The notes: generated from the sequence alone by a model not told the origin. A stretch of DNA of 64,000 nucleotides from Pseudomonadota bacterium (GCA_014382245.1 JACNKC010000048.1:2032-66031), one strand, 5' to 3'. Counted from the first letter of the stretch, positions 16,703 to 26,312 are shown. Program-made: numbers and translations.

Positions 16703-19380
16703 ACGGTCTGTCCTATGTCGCGTGACTTGAAGGTCATTTTCTCAAGTGATTCCTTGTATTCCGATTCGCCGATCTTGCGCAACTTGCCCGACGCGAGCTT
16801 GAAGCGGTAGTTATTGGCAATAGGGTCACACACCCGCGGCACCAGGCTGTTGGCCGCCGCCTTGGGGTCGAGAAAGTACATGAACGCAACGCCGGGCTTG
16901 GGCACCGGCATCACCACCGCTACCGCTCTTACCGAGGCGCTGGTCATTTCTATGTGGCCGTTTTCTACCAGCTTGGAGAACAGGGCGTCCTCTGTGTCAC
17001 GGGCGACGAAGCCGGACTTCTGCACGGCCACGCGGTCGCTTTCGGCCACCACGTAGTCTCCGCTTTCTATGCCGAGACGTTCAGCATCGTCAGGGTGCAG
17101 CTCGATGAAGTTCTCGGGCCAGCGCCGCGTGATGTAGGGACGACGCTCCACGTCGTCGAAACCCGACTGCCAGATCTCGTTGACACGGCCGTTGATTACC
17201 CACAGTTCGCCGTCCTTGGGCCGGATATACTCGTAGTAGTCGGCGAACAGCCACCACGGCGACTTGATGAAGTTAGCCTTGCCCGACTGCGTGTTGAAAC
17301 CATTGAGTTTCTTGTTGTGTACGGTGGGTCCCTGCGGTCCCGTGGCCGGCAACTTGAGCGTGGAATCGTGCAGGCGCTTGGTGCCCAACAACTCGCCGTC
17401 TTCCCAGCGCACCGGTCCTTGTATGCCCGTGGTGCCGTAGCTGCGCAGCAGCTCGTGGCCCTTTACGCCGTCTTTCTTGGCCTTCCAGACCAGGGGGTAG
17501 TAGTCCTTGCGACTGCCCCTCGTGTGGCGCGCCGCCTCTTCGAAGACATCGTTGGATTCTTTCCACTCAAAGTCTGCAAAACCCATTCGCTGGCCGATCT
17601 GGCCGGCTATCCACCAGTCGGGCCTGGCGTCCCCGGGTGGGTCATAAAACTTGGAGTACACGCGCAGGCGACGCTCGCCGTTGGCCCTGACCAGGTCTTC
17701 TTCTCCCCAGCCGGCCGCCGGCAGAACGATGTCGGCGATCTCGGCTCCGATGGGGTTGCGCAAGTAAATATCCTGGTTGACCACCACCGTGCCACCCGAA
17801 TCGACGCGCTTCTTGAGCGTGCGGATGATGCTGCTCTTGCGGCTGCTCGTGACCTGGTTGGGATTGCGCCGCGTGAGATCGAGGAAGGTCTCGTGCAGGG
17901 CTCCACTGGCTGTCATGCCGGCCGTCCAGGTAGTCCCTATAACGTAAGCAAAACGGACGTTGCCGTTCTCGACCCAGCGGTCGAGGTCCAGGGTCTTGCG
18001 CCTACGACCGGCGAATTTTTCGGGCGAGCGTTCGAGCGGGTAACGACCCGCCTTTACGCCGCCACGCTGGTGACCACCCATGCGGCCGATCATCTGGCCG
18101 GGGCGGTTGCCCGCGCCGCACAAGAGTCCGAGCGAAGCGTAGGACGCCGAGTTGGTGTAGTTGTTGGACCAGTAGTTGCCCTTTTCGAGCACCAGCATGG
18201 TCCTGGGCCGGTTGCCGTTTTTGCGCGGGCGCGCCATGAGTTCGGCGGCCCTGTGGATATCGTCGGCGTCAAGCCCGCAAGTCCGGGCCGCGAAATCGAG
18301 CTTGGATTCATCTATCGAGAGAATCCACTCCTTGAAGCCAGCGTAGTCTTTCGCTTCGAACTTGCCCCAGGTGGTACGCCACTGCCACGGAGTGTTGCGC
18401 GTACCCTGGCCGAAACCTGACTCGATCTCCCATTTGTTAGACGTGTACTTCTTTATCCAGTCTGAATCTTCCCAGCCGTTTTCAATAATGATACGTGCAA
18501 GCGCGAGATGCAGCACGGTGTCGGTGCCCGGCGTGATCCACAGGTGCAGGCCGCCGGTTTCCTCGGCGAAGGTGCAGCCGGCCGTCTTGCGCGGGTTGAT
18601 CATTATGATCTTGGCCCGGTGACCCGACACGCCCTTCATGATCCAGTGATTGAAAAGAACGGTCTTGGTCTCGAAGGGATCGGTTCCCGAGATGACCAGG
18701 GTTTCGGCCAGCGAGTAGTCCTCGTAGCTGGGACCGAAGTTGTCGATGCCCACGTCGCGGAAGCCAGGCGTGGACGAGGTGACCGAGGGGTTGTCGTGCC
18801 ACGCGAAGGCCGGCGTGCGGATGCCCACGAGCGCGAGCTTGGTGAGCGCGTAGGTGTTCTCGAAGTAGTGGTAGGAGAACATCTTCTGTGCCCAGGAGTG
18901 CACGCCGTACTTGTCGATGACGTACTTGGAAACCTCGGCAAAAACGTCGAGGGCCGTGTCCCATGACACCTCCCTGAGCTCGCCGTCGATGCGAATCATG
19001 GGGTGCTTCAGCCGGTCGCGCGTGGGCGTCTCGGGGTTGTAGCATTTCTGGGCTATGCAGCCGCCGCGAATGCTGTGGTTGCCGTTAACGTTGACAACGG
19101 TCGCGTCCTGGTCCGGCGCCACTATCACGTTGTGGGGCTTGCCTTCGTGGCTGACCACGTTGTGCATGTTGGGGGTGAGCCACCCGCCTTTCTCAAGCTC
19201 GACCGGGTAGTCCAGGCCCAGGGCGTTTTCGTCGGCGCGCGGGCCGCCCTCCTTGCCCACAGGCCAGCGATAGACCTTGTAGCCACAAGCGACAATGCAG
19301 TAATCGCAAGCGGTGGTTATGACGTCGGCGTCTTTTGGCGGAAGCGGTACCCGGTCGGTTGCCCTGTTCTTGTCTGACAT
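16699..19380 (-). CDS. Mo-bisPGD large subunit of the arsenite oxidase AioA / iodate reductase IdrA clade
   Basis: 893 aa with no signal peptide. The N-terminal CDYCIVACGYKVYRWP...ENALGLD has the C-x2-C-x3-C 3Fe-4S pattern of AioA-type enzymes. It also has RMGGHQRG, NGERRLRVYSKFYDPPG and INGRVNEIWQS, recalled as AioA-like blocks. Confidence 0.85.
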   Translation of the reverse strand: MSDKNRATDRVPLPPKDADVITTACDYCIVACGYKVYRWPVGKEGGPRADENALGLDYPVELEKGGWLTPNMHNVVSHEGKPHNVIVAPDQDATVVNVNGNHSIRGGCIAQKCYNPETPTRDRLKHPMIRIDGELREVSWDTALDVFAEVSKYVIDKYGVHSWAQKMFSYHYFENTYALTKLALVGIRTPAFAWHDNPSVTSSTPGFRDVGIDNFGPSYEDYSLAETLVISGTDPFETKTVLFNHWIMKGVSGHRAKIIMINPRKTAGCTFAEETGGLHLWITPGTDTVLHLALARIIIENGWEDSDWIKKYTSNKWEIESGFGQGTRNTPWQWRTTWGKFEAKDYAGFKEWILSIDESKLDFAARTCGLDADDIHRAAELMARPRKNGNRPRTMLVLEKGNYWSNNYTNSASYASLGLLCGAGNRPGQMIGRMGGHQRGGVKAGRYPLERSPEKFAGRRRKTLDLDRWVENGNVRFAYVIGTTWTAGMTASGALHETFLDLTRRNPNQVTSSRKSSIIRTLKKRVDSGGTVVVNQDIYLRNPIGAEIADIVLPAAGWGEEDLVRANGERRLRVYSKFYDPPGDARPDWWIAGQIGQRMGFADFEWKESNDVFEEAARHTRGSRKDYYPLVWKAKKDGVKGHELLRSYGTTGIQGPVRWEDGELLGTKRLHDSTLKLPATGPQGPTVHNKKLNGFNTQSGKANFIKSPWWLFADYYEYIRPKDGELWVINGRVNEIWQSGFDDVERRPYITRRWPENFIELHPDDAERLGIESGDYVVAESDRVAVQKSGFVARDTEDALFSKLVENGHIEMTSASVRAVAVVMPVPKPGVAFMYFLDPKAAANSLVPRVCDPIANNYRFKLASGKLRKIGESEYKESLEKMTFKSRDIGQTV

Positions 19381-19408
19381 GACTTTCCTCTCTTTACTCG
19401 CCTGTTGA

Positions 19409-19993
19409 TCAGGAGTTAGCGCTGCGGCCGTACACCAGGCCCTGCAGCCCGGTCGCGTAGATGTCGTTTCCGTCGGTTTCGAGCACTACCTGCACCAGGC
19501 TCTGGGTGGCGTGACCCGATACGATCATGCCGTGACGGGTGAGGTCGAAGGTACTCAGGTGGGTGGGGCAGGGCCCCATGACCTTGCTGTCGCTCTTGTA
19601 CGAGGAGGCCAGTATTCCTCCCATGTGCGTGCACAGGGTCGAGAAAGCCACCACGTCGCCGTCCTTGCCAACACCTCCGCCGGCCTTCTCGCCGAGCTTG
19701 ATGAGCAGGTGGTTTGAGTAGGTCGCGTTGTCGTCCGGGTAGCGGAAGGGTATCGGTTTGTTGGTCACCAGTTCGTCGAGACCGGCTATGCGCTTGCGCG
19801 GGTACGGGGTACGCGTGGCTGCCACGGCACGGGTAGCACCGCCCCAGGGCGAGGTGACCAGGAGGGTGACGGTGATGGCACCGGCTCCCTCGAGGAAGCG
19901 GCGGCGTGAGATACGGCAGGGCGATTGGCCGGGGTCTGTTTCTAACCTGGCTTCGTGTTCGTCGACTTCGGGCTTCTGTATTACATCACTCAT
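19409..19993 (-). CDS. Tat-exported Rieske [2Fe-2S] small subunit (AioB/IdrB-like)
   Basis: Has a twin-arginine motif (SRRRFLEGAG) and Rieske boxes CTHMGG and CPTH. It lies immediately upstream of the Mo subunit gene. Confidence 0.8.
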   Translation of the reverse strand: MSDVIQKPEVDEHEARLETDPGQSPCRISRRRFLEGAGAITVTLLVTSPWGGATRAVAATRTPYPRKRIAGLDELVTNKPIPFRYPDDNATYSNHLLIKLGEKAGGGVGKDGDVVAFSTLCTHMGGILASSYKSDSKVMGPCPTHLSTFDLTRHGMIVSGHATQSLVQVVLETDGNDIYATGLQGLVYGRSANS

Positions 19994-21210
19994 TCGAAAA
20001 CTCCGTACCTGGGTAGTTCGGGGGGCTCCATGGTCAATTCCTCGCCGGTGAGCGATTCGAGAAAGGCGATGAGATCCTGTTTTTCGTCGTCGGCCAGCCC
20101 GAGGGGTCTTAGCACCGGCGTCTTGGTGGCCGTGCCTGTCAATAGTTTCGCGTGGTCGTCGCCGCCGCCCTGGTCGTAGAAGTCGATGACTTCCTCGAGC
20201 GTGAAAAACACGCCGTTGTGCATGTAGGGGGGCGTAAAGACCAGGTAGCGAAGCGTCGGCACCCTGAACTTGGCGATGTCGTGCTCCTGCTTGGTGCGGT
20301 AGTAGAGTCCCAGGTCTATCTTGGTGCGGCGGTATAGGTCTTCGCTCACTCCCTTGGCGAACTGCTCGAAGCGGAAGGTAATCTGCTTGAGCGGATCATC
20401 GTCGAAGACATCGTTCGGTGGCACCCCGAGGTTGTAGTACTTCTCGTTGCTGAACAGTGCGCCGTCGTGGCACTCTATGCAGCGAGCCTTGCCCTCGAAA
20501 AGTTCCTTGCCGCGCAACTCGGCTGGCCCCAGCGCGTTCTTGTCTCCGAGCATGTAGAGATCAAATGGCGTGTCTCGCTGTACGAGGGTGCGCTCGAAGG
20601 CCGCGATAGCCTTCCAGGCGTCGGGTAGCTCAGGACGCGCGTTACCGAAGACCTTCTTGAACCGCTTGTTGTACTCGGGGATTTGTCGCAGGCGTTCTTC
20701 CATCACGTCGCGCTCACCGTTTCCGGCCACGCCGCCGCGGGCGGCAGAAGGGGCCTGGGATTCGAGACTTTTTGCCGAGCCGGCCCAGAACAGCTTGCGG
20801 TAGTAAGCCGAGTTGATGATGGACTGGCAATTGCGCCAGTGGCTGGTCCCCGGGTAGCCCCGGCAGACCTCGGCACCGTCCTGCCAGCCTATGGCCGGGT
20901 CGTGGCAGGTTGCGCACGACAGGCTCACGTCGCCCGAGAGCCTGGGATCAAAGAACAGCAGCTTGCCCAGCTCTACCTTGGCAGCCGTGATCGGGTTATC
21001 GGCGGGAACCGGCGGCGGGCCGAGCGCCGCAAGGGGAGTGACGGCGCCCGGGCCCCCGTCGGTCGCCGGGCCGGTAGCGGCATCGGCAGCCACGGGGAGA
21101 AGAACCAGTCCCACCGCCGGTAGGATGGACAACAGGCCGGTAAGAATTGCTGGGCCTGCACTTGCTCGTATTTTCATGGCCAGGGAGCTCCTTGTTCTGT
21201 CGCGGCTCAT
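19990..21210 (-). CDS. Dihaem cytochrome c peroxidase (CCP/MauG family), copy 2
   Basis: Has a signal peptide and two haem motifs, CATCH and CIECH. Its stop overlaps the Rieske gene start. Confidence 0.85.
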   Translation of the reverse strand: MSRDRTRSSLAMKIRASAGPAILTGLLSILPAVGLVLLPVAADAATGPATDGGPGAVTPLAALGPPPVPADNPITAAKVELGKLLFFDPRLSGDVSLSCATCHDPAIGWQDGAEVCRGYPGTSHWRNCQSIINSAYYRKLFWAGSAKSLESQAPSAARGGVAGNGERDVMEERLRQIPEYNKRFKKVFGNARPELPDAWKAIAAFERTLVQRDTPFDLYMLGDKNALGPAELRGKELFEGKARCIECHDGALFSNEKYYNLGVPPNDVFDDDPLKQITFRFEQFAKGVSEDLYRRTKIDLGLYYRTKQEHDIAKFRVPTLRYLVFTPPYMHNGVFFTLEEVIDFYDQGGGDDHAKLLTGTATKTPVLRPLGLADDEKQDLIAFLESLTGEELTMEPPELPRYGVFE

Positions 21211-22328
21211 CAGTTGGGTACCGAGCGCCAGTCGGCTATGGCCTCGTAGGGTGGCAGGTCTATTTCACCTACCTCTATGGCGTCGCCCGACAGCGCTTCG
21301 AGGAAGGCGAGCAGGTCGGTCTTTTCGGCTGCGTTGAGATCGAGCGGCTTGAGCAAGGGGTCCCGGCCCTCGGCCGTACCGCCGCCGGCGTTGTAGAAAT
21401 CTATGACCTCCACCAGCGTGGCGATGGTGCCGTTGTGCATGTAGGGAGCGGTCCTGGACACTTCACGCAGGGTGGGAGTCACGAACTTGCCGCGGTCTTC
21501 TTCCTGCTTGCTGACGGTGAAGAAGCCAGGGTCTTCGCGGATAATCTCGAAGCCGGGCACGCCCATGAACTTGGCGAAGGATCTCAGGGTGAGATGCCTC
21601 AGCGGATCCCTGGTGATCTCGGGGTTTCCGGCCACGCCGGTGCGATGGGGCTGGTAGTCGCTCAGCATCGGCCCTTCGTGGCACTGTATGCAGCCCCCCT
21701 TGCCTTCGAACAATTGCTGCCCGCGGGTGGCCGAAGCAGACATGTTTCCCTCGTCGAAGGGCACGTTGCGCGACACGAGGGTTTTCTCGTAGGCCGAGAT
21801 GGCCTTCAGCGTCGCCCCGAAAGACGGCTCGGCGTTCATCGCCGACCTGAAGCGCTTGACGTACCCGGGTACCTGCTTGAGTCGTTCGAGCATGACGCGG
21901 CCGTCCATGTTCTGAAAATGCGACTCGGTGATCGAGTCACGCACCTGCGTCGGCATGTCCTTGCCCGTCAGGCGGCCGTCCCAGTAAAAATAGCGCGCGT
22001 GCGCCGCGTTGAGCACTGACTTCGTGTTGCGAAAGTACAGCGTGCCCGGGTAGGCGATGCCCAGCTGCTGGCCGTCGGTCCAGCCGGCCTCGGGGCGGTG
22101 GCAGGACCCGCAGGCCAGGACCGCGTCGCCCGAAAGACGCTGGTCGAAGAACAGGAGCTTACCCAGCTCGGCCAGTTCTGCCGAAGGGGCCTCGATGGCG
22201 GGCAGGGGACCGAGTGCCCGGGGTTGCGTTGTTGCTGCCGTGGCCCGATCCGCGGTGACCGCAAAACTCAAAACCAAACCGGCAAAGGCGATTCTAAGAA
22301 GACTACTGGGTCTTGTGGACATGCTCAC
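21210..22328 (-). CDS. Dihaem cytochrome c peroxidase (CCP/MauG family), copy 1
   Basis: Has a signal peptide and two haem motifs, CGSCH and CIQCH. There is a 1-nt stop/start overlap with the next peroxidase gene. Confidence 0.85.
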   Translation of the reverse strand: MSMSTRPSSLLRIAFAGLVLSFAVTADRATAATTQPRALGPLPAIEAPSAELAELGKLLFFDQRLSGDAVLACGSCHRPEAGWTDGQQLGIAYPGTLYFRNTKSVLNAAHARYFYWDGRLTGKDMPTQVRDSITESHFQNMDGRVMLERLKQVPGYVKRFRSAMNAEPSFGATLKAISAYEKTLVSRNVPFDEGNMSASATRGQQLFEGKGGCIQCHEGPMLSDYQPHRTGVAGNPEITRDPLRHLTLRSFAKFMGVPGFEIIREDPGFFTVSKQEEDRGKFVTPTLREVSRTAPYMHNGTIATLVEVIDFYNAGGGTAEGRDPLLKPLDLNAAEKTDLLAFLEALSGDAIEVGEIDLPPYEAIADWRSVPN

Positions 22329-22386
22329 TCCTTGGGGCTTTGACCGCTGCGGGTACTGTTGGTCAGCCGCTGGCCTGCAGGCTGTA

Positions 22387-22403
22387 AAGCAAGATACTTG
22401 CCG
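22387..22403 (-). promoter_or_regulatory. Candidate sigma54 (-24/-12) promoter upstream of the peroxidase/Mo-enzyme operon
   Basis: The minus strand reads cGGCAA-GTATC-TTGCt against the consensus TGGCAC-N5-TTGCW, with two mismatches. It lies about 60-75 nt upstream of the first CDS. Confidence 0.35.
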
Positions 22404-22657
22404 AATGCTGCCGCACGGCGCTGTAACCCTGAAGCTATGCTCGTTGCGAACATAAGGTTTTCTACCGCTGAAAACGGGTAGGTATTACAGGGACTTTTGT
22501 TGCTCGTCCTGCTCCCTGGAGTGGCCAGGTCGTCGAAACGCTCTTCTGGAGGGCCACCCGGCTGGTGTTCCCAAGCTCGGAATTTTTCCACCCGTGAGAA
22601 AATCCAGCGGACCGGTTTCCGGTGTCAGGGAAGAAATCGCCGGGGAGTGTGGCTGGA

Positions 22658-24745
22658 TCAGGGTTGTTGCCAGGAACGTATGAAGGAGACCAGGTCGAGT
22701 ATCTCGCCCGGTTTCAGCCACACCCCGGCGCCGGCTCCTTCGCCGAAGGCCGGCATGGGGGTGCCCGCGCGGCCACGGGCTATGGTGGCCAGCAGGAAAC
22801 CGTCGTCGGCTGCCTGCAGGAATTCAGGGTTGTTGATGGCCGGCGCGTACTCCGCATCGCCTCCACGCTTGCCTTTGCCTTTTTCGCCGTGGCAGGGGGC
22901 GCAGTAGCGTAACCAACTTGCCTTTCCGGCGGTCACGGCTTTCGCCGAGTCGTCGACCATGGGGCGGTGAATTCTCCAGGATTCGGGCTGTTCCCACTGA
23001 CGTATCCAGGCCACAAGGTCGGCTATGTCGCGGTCGGGCGTGTCGTTGTTGGATCCGACGGCGCTCATGATCTCGGCCAACGGCTGCATGGCTGTCCCGG
23101 CGCGGCCCGTCTCTATGGTCGCGGCCAACAGGGCGTCCGAAGCGTTGCGCAGCAACGATACGTTGTTGAGCTGGGAGCCCCGCGGGCTGCCCTGTCCCTG
23201 GCTGCCGTGGCAATCGGCGCAGAGTTTTTCGTAGAGCACACGGCCGCGTGTTTGGTCACCGGGTGCTGCTCGGGGAAGGGGAAGCCGCGACGGCGACTGT
23301 TGCCAGTCCCTTAGAAAGGCGAGCAGGTCGTTGAGCTGAGCGGCTTCAAGATCGCGGTGCGAAGGCATCGCTGTGCCCGGTCGACCGGAGACGATGGTCC
23401 GGGCGAGGAAGGTATCGTCGACAAGGGCCAGCAGGCCACTGGATCCGATAGCGTTGCCTATGCCTCCCTCGCCGTCCCAGCCGTGGCAGCCCATGCAGCG
23501 CGCCTCGTAGATCATCTCACCGTTGCCGGCGTTGCCCGCGCTTGAATCTGCGACGCCGGGATCCGGTCCCGTCGGTTCCCAGGAGCGCAGGTGTGCCACT
23601 ATGCGATCGATCTCGTCGCGTGCCAGGTTGCCGTGCCCGGCCCCCCAACGGGGCATTCCCGTGCCACTGCGCCCTTTCTCTATTATGAATCGATAGAAAT
23701 CGTCGCCCGCCACGGCCAGCGCCGACGGCAGGTTGAGTGTTGGGGTGTTGATCGCGTCCACGCGCCCGCCCAGCCCGTTGTCGCCGTGGCAGGCCGAGCA
23801 GAAGCCCTGGTAGAGCGTGGCGCCGTCGGCCCGGCTCGTGGCGGGGCCACGTCCGGCGGGGGCCCAGGAGTACTCGGCCGGCCCCGAGCGGCCCAGCGAC
23901 ATCATGTAGGCCGTGAGCGCCCGCGCCTCCGCTTCGCTCACGGTGGCCGGCATCACGCTGCCAGGTGATACCGAGGCCGGGTCGAGGAAGTGTCGGCTCA
24001 GCCAGCCCTCTACGTTTCGCGGGGCGTTGGAACCGATGGTAGAAAAATCAAAATCGTGGATCACGCTGTCGCCCACGTCGCTCAGGTCGGGGCCGCGCCT
24101 TCCGCCCCTGCCGTCTATGGCGTGGCAGCCCATGCAGCCCTGCTCGTTGAACAGCTGGCGTCCGCGCGAGAGCAACAGCGCGTTCTCGTTGCTGCCACGA
24201 TCGGCCCGCGTCATCAGCCCGGCGTCGCCGTGCAGGTCGGGTTCGAGGTGGCAGCGGCTGCACCTCGCTCGCAGGTGCTCGGTCGCCAGCATGGGCCGCT
24301 CCCAGTGAGCCACGCGGCCGTGTGCGTCGTCGGTTTCAGTGGCACGGCCCTGGCCCTGGTGGCAGACGGTGCAGCCGAACTTTTCTGGTGGGTGAAACTC
24401 CACGTGGCGGCCCGGGTGGGCGGCGAAGGGCCGGGGTTGGTCGGCCATGCGCGGGTCTTCGAGGCCCGCGTGGCAGGTTATGCAGCGGTCGGCTACGTCC
24501 AGCCGTGGTAGGTAGTTCTGCTGTATCTCCACGCGAAAGCCTGCCGCCGCCTGCTTGCCCGCGTCGTCGGTGGCCATCTCGTTGAGCAACAGGGCGTAGC
24601 GACTGCGCAGTCGGTACCAGTCGGCGAAGCGGTTTTCCTGGAGCGCGGCCACTACCAGCGTGGCGATGGTGGCGAGGCTGGTGACGAGCAGCGCCACCTT
24701 CATGCGTCGGTCGCTGCGGCGGGTCCTTGGGTCGAGCTCAGCCAT
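22658..24745 (-). CDS. Membrane-anchored octahaem c-type cytochrome
   Basis: Has one N-terminal TM helix and eight CxxCH motifs (CITCH, CTVCH, CSRCH, CMGCH, CSACH, CMGCH, CADCH, CAPCH). The last five sit in class-I-like modules with G(T/S)xMP Met-ligand motifs. Confidence 0.85.
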   Translation of the reverse strand: MAELDPRTRRSDRRMKVALLVTSLATIATLVVAALQENRFADWYRLRSRYALLLNEMATDDAGKQAAAGFRVEIQQNYLPRLDVADRCITCHAGLEDPRMADQPRPFAAHPGRHVEFHPPEKFGCTVCHQGQGRATETDDAHGRVAHWERPMLATEHLRARCSRCHLEPDLHGDAGLMTRADRGSNENALLLSRGRQLFNEQGCMGCHAIDGRGGRRGPDLSDVGDSVIHDFDFSTIGSNAPRNVEGWLSRHFLDPASVSPGSVMPATVSEAEARALTAYMMSLGRSGPAEYSWAPAGRGPATSRADGATLYQGFCSACHGDNGLGGRVDAINTPTLNLPSALAVAGDDFYRFIIEKGRSGTGMPRWGAGHGNLARDEIDRIVAHLRSWEPTGPDPGVADSSAGNAGNGEMIYEARCMGCHGWDGEGGIGNAIGSSGLLALVDDTFLARTIVSGRPGTAMPSHRDLEAAQLNDLLAFLRDWQQSPSRLPLPRAAPGDQTRGRVLYEKLCADCHGSQGQGSPRGSQLNNVSLLRNASDALLAATIETGRAGTAMQPLAEIMSAVGSNNDTPDRDIADLVAWIRQWEQPESWRIHRPMVDDSAKAVTAGKASWLRYCAPCHGEKGKGKRGGDAEYAPAINNPEFLQAADDGFLLATIARGRAGTPMPAFGEGAGAGVWLKPGEILDLVSFIRSWQQP

Positions 24746-24749
24746 ATAG

Positions 24750-26312
24750 TCAGTGCACCGGCCAGTGGGAGCGGCTCCAGTAAAAATCCCAGTTTGGACC
24801 GCGCAACTCCATGCCGACGTAGGTCATCACGACGAAGCCGGCCACGAAGCAGGTAAACAGGGCGATGGCGCCCAGTCGTGTTGAGCCGGTGTTGCGCAGT
24901 ATGACCAGCGACCAGGCGGCGTAGCCCAGCGTGAGCAGCGAGCCGGGGTTGACGAAGATGATGACGATCTGAGGTATGCCGGGGAACCAGTTGCGCAGCC
25001 AGCCGAAGTTAACCGGTATGGCCACCCAGGCCACGGCCAGCAGCACCGCGAAGGCGAGGCTCTGCAGGGCGATCTTGCGCCCGGCACGCCCGCTCATGTA
25101 GACCCCGGCCGGTTCTGCTTCGCGGTCCAGGTAGGGAATCAACGCCAGGCCGACCATGGCGACAGCGGGTATTACCAGTCCTCCCATGAAGGCCGAGTAC
25201 GAGACCATTTCCTGCAGGCCGAGGAAGTACCACGGCGCCTTGGCCGGGTTCTCGGGTACGTTGGGGTTGGCGATTTCCTTGAGCGGAGCGTCGTACAGCA
25301 CTCCCAGTACCAGGCAGGCCAGCGTACAGAGCATGAACACGACCAGCTCGCCCCTGAGCAGGTAGGGCCAGGTGGCGACGGTGTCGCCCGGCTCGTTGTC
25401 GGTGGCCGCCGAGCGGTCGCGTACAACCGCCATCAGCGACCAGGTCTTGTCGTTTTCGCCACCCGGTGGCGGCACGAGGTCGGGTGCCTGCCCGACAGCC
25501 CCGCTGGTCTGCTCGGCTTGCGGTCGGCCCAGGCCTCCGTCCTTGCGTATGCGCCAGAAGTGAACAGAGGCCAGCATTACCAGGACGATGGGCAGCAGCA
25601 TTACGTGCAGCAGGTAGAAACGCGTGAGCGCGTCCTGCCCGACTTCACCGGCACCGAGTAACAGCTCTTTCTGTAAGCCGCCCGGGTCGAACCATTGGGT
25701 AATTCCCAGCGCATCGGTCAACTCTCTTGGCGAGGAGGCTATGTTGGCGCCTATGGTGATCGCCCAGTAGGCCAACTGGTCCCAGGGCAGGAGGTAGCCG
25801 GTGAACGACAGCGCCAGGGTGACGACGAATAGAGCCATGCCCAGTAACCAGTTGAACTCGCGCGGGGCCTTGTAGCTGGCGGTGTAGAACACCCTGCACA
25901 TGTGCAGCATGACCACGATGACCATCAGGTGCGCGCCCCAGCGGTGGACGTTGCGTATCAGCCGGCCCGAGGGAACCACGTAGTGGATGTCCTTCATGCT
26001 GTTGTAGGCCAGCTCGGTTGACGGGGTGTAGTAGACCATCAGCAGGATGCCGGTGACCAGCAGTATGATGAAGAACGAAAGCGCGGCGATGCCCAGGCCG
26101 AAGGTCGCCGTCAATCCCAGCGTGCGAACGTGCACGCGGGTGGGGTGCAGGTGCAGGAACAGGCTTGAGAACACTGCCTGCGACCTGCCGCGTTCGGAGC
26201 GCGGACGGCCGTGGCGGAAAATCGAGTAGCTGAGCGTGTCGGGGAGACGGCGCAGGTTGGCTAGGAAAGCAGCCAGGCCACGCTTCTGGTCGAACCGTTT
26301 CATACCCGCCAC
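24750..26312 (-). CDS. Fused cytochrome b (b6-like N-part plus subunit-IV-like C-part with extra helices)
   Basis: Has conserved His pairs (RNVHRWGAHLMV, HVMLLP...SVHFW). The Qo-motif region reads KAPWYFLGLQE. Confidence 0.85.
   Translation of the reverse strand: MAGMKRFDQKRGLAAFLANLRRLPDTLSYSIFRHGRPRSERGRSQAVFSSLFLHLHPTRVHVRTLGLTATFGLGIAALSFFIILLVTGILLMVYYTPSTELAYNSMKDIHYVVPSGRLIRNVHRWGAHLMVIVVMLHMCRVFYTASYKAPREFNWLLGMALFVVTLALSFTGYLLPWDQLAYWAITIGANIASSPRELTDALGITQWFDPGGLQKELLLGAGEVGQDALTRFYLLHVMLLPIVLVMLASVHFWRIRKDGGLGRPQAEQTSGAVGQAPDLVPPPGGENDKTWSLMAVVRDRSAATDNEPGDTVATWPYLLRGELVVFMLCTLACLVLGVLYDAPLKEIANPNVPENPAKAPWYFLGLQEMVSYSAFMGGLVIPAVAMVGLALIPYLDREAEPAGVYMSGRAGRKIALQSLAFAVLLAVAWVAIPVNFGWLRNWFPGIPQIVIIFVNPGSLLTLGYAAWSLVILRNTGSTRLGAIALFTCFVAGFVVMTYVGMELRGPNWDFYWSRSHWPVH

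Noticed and set aside
22329-22657. The 329-bp gap between the two respiratory operons as a possible tRNA or sRNA locus, or a terminator.
   Set aside because: No cloverleaf-like arms or T-loop motif were found by eye. Only short 4-bp palindromes (CCGGAAACCGG) are present, with no U-tract. Nothing is supportable beyond the sigma54-like box.
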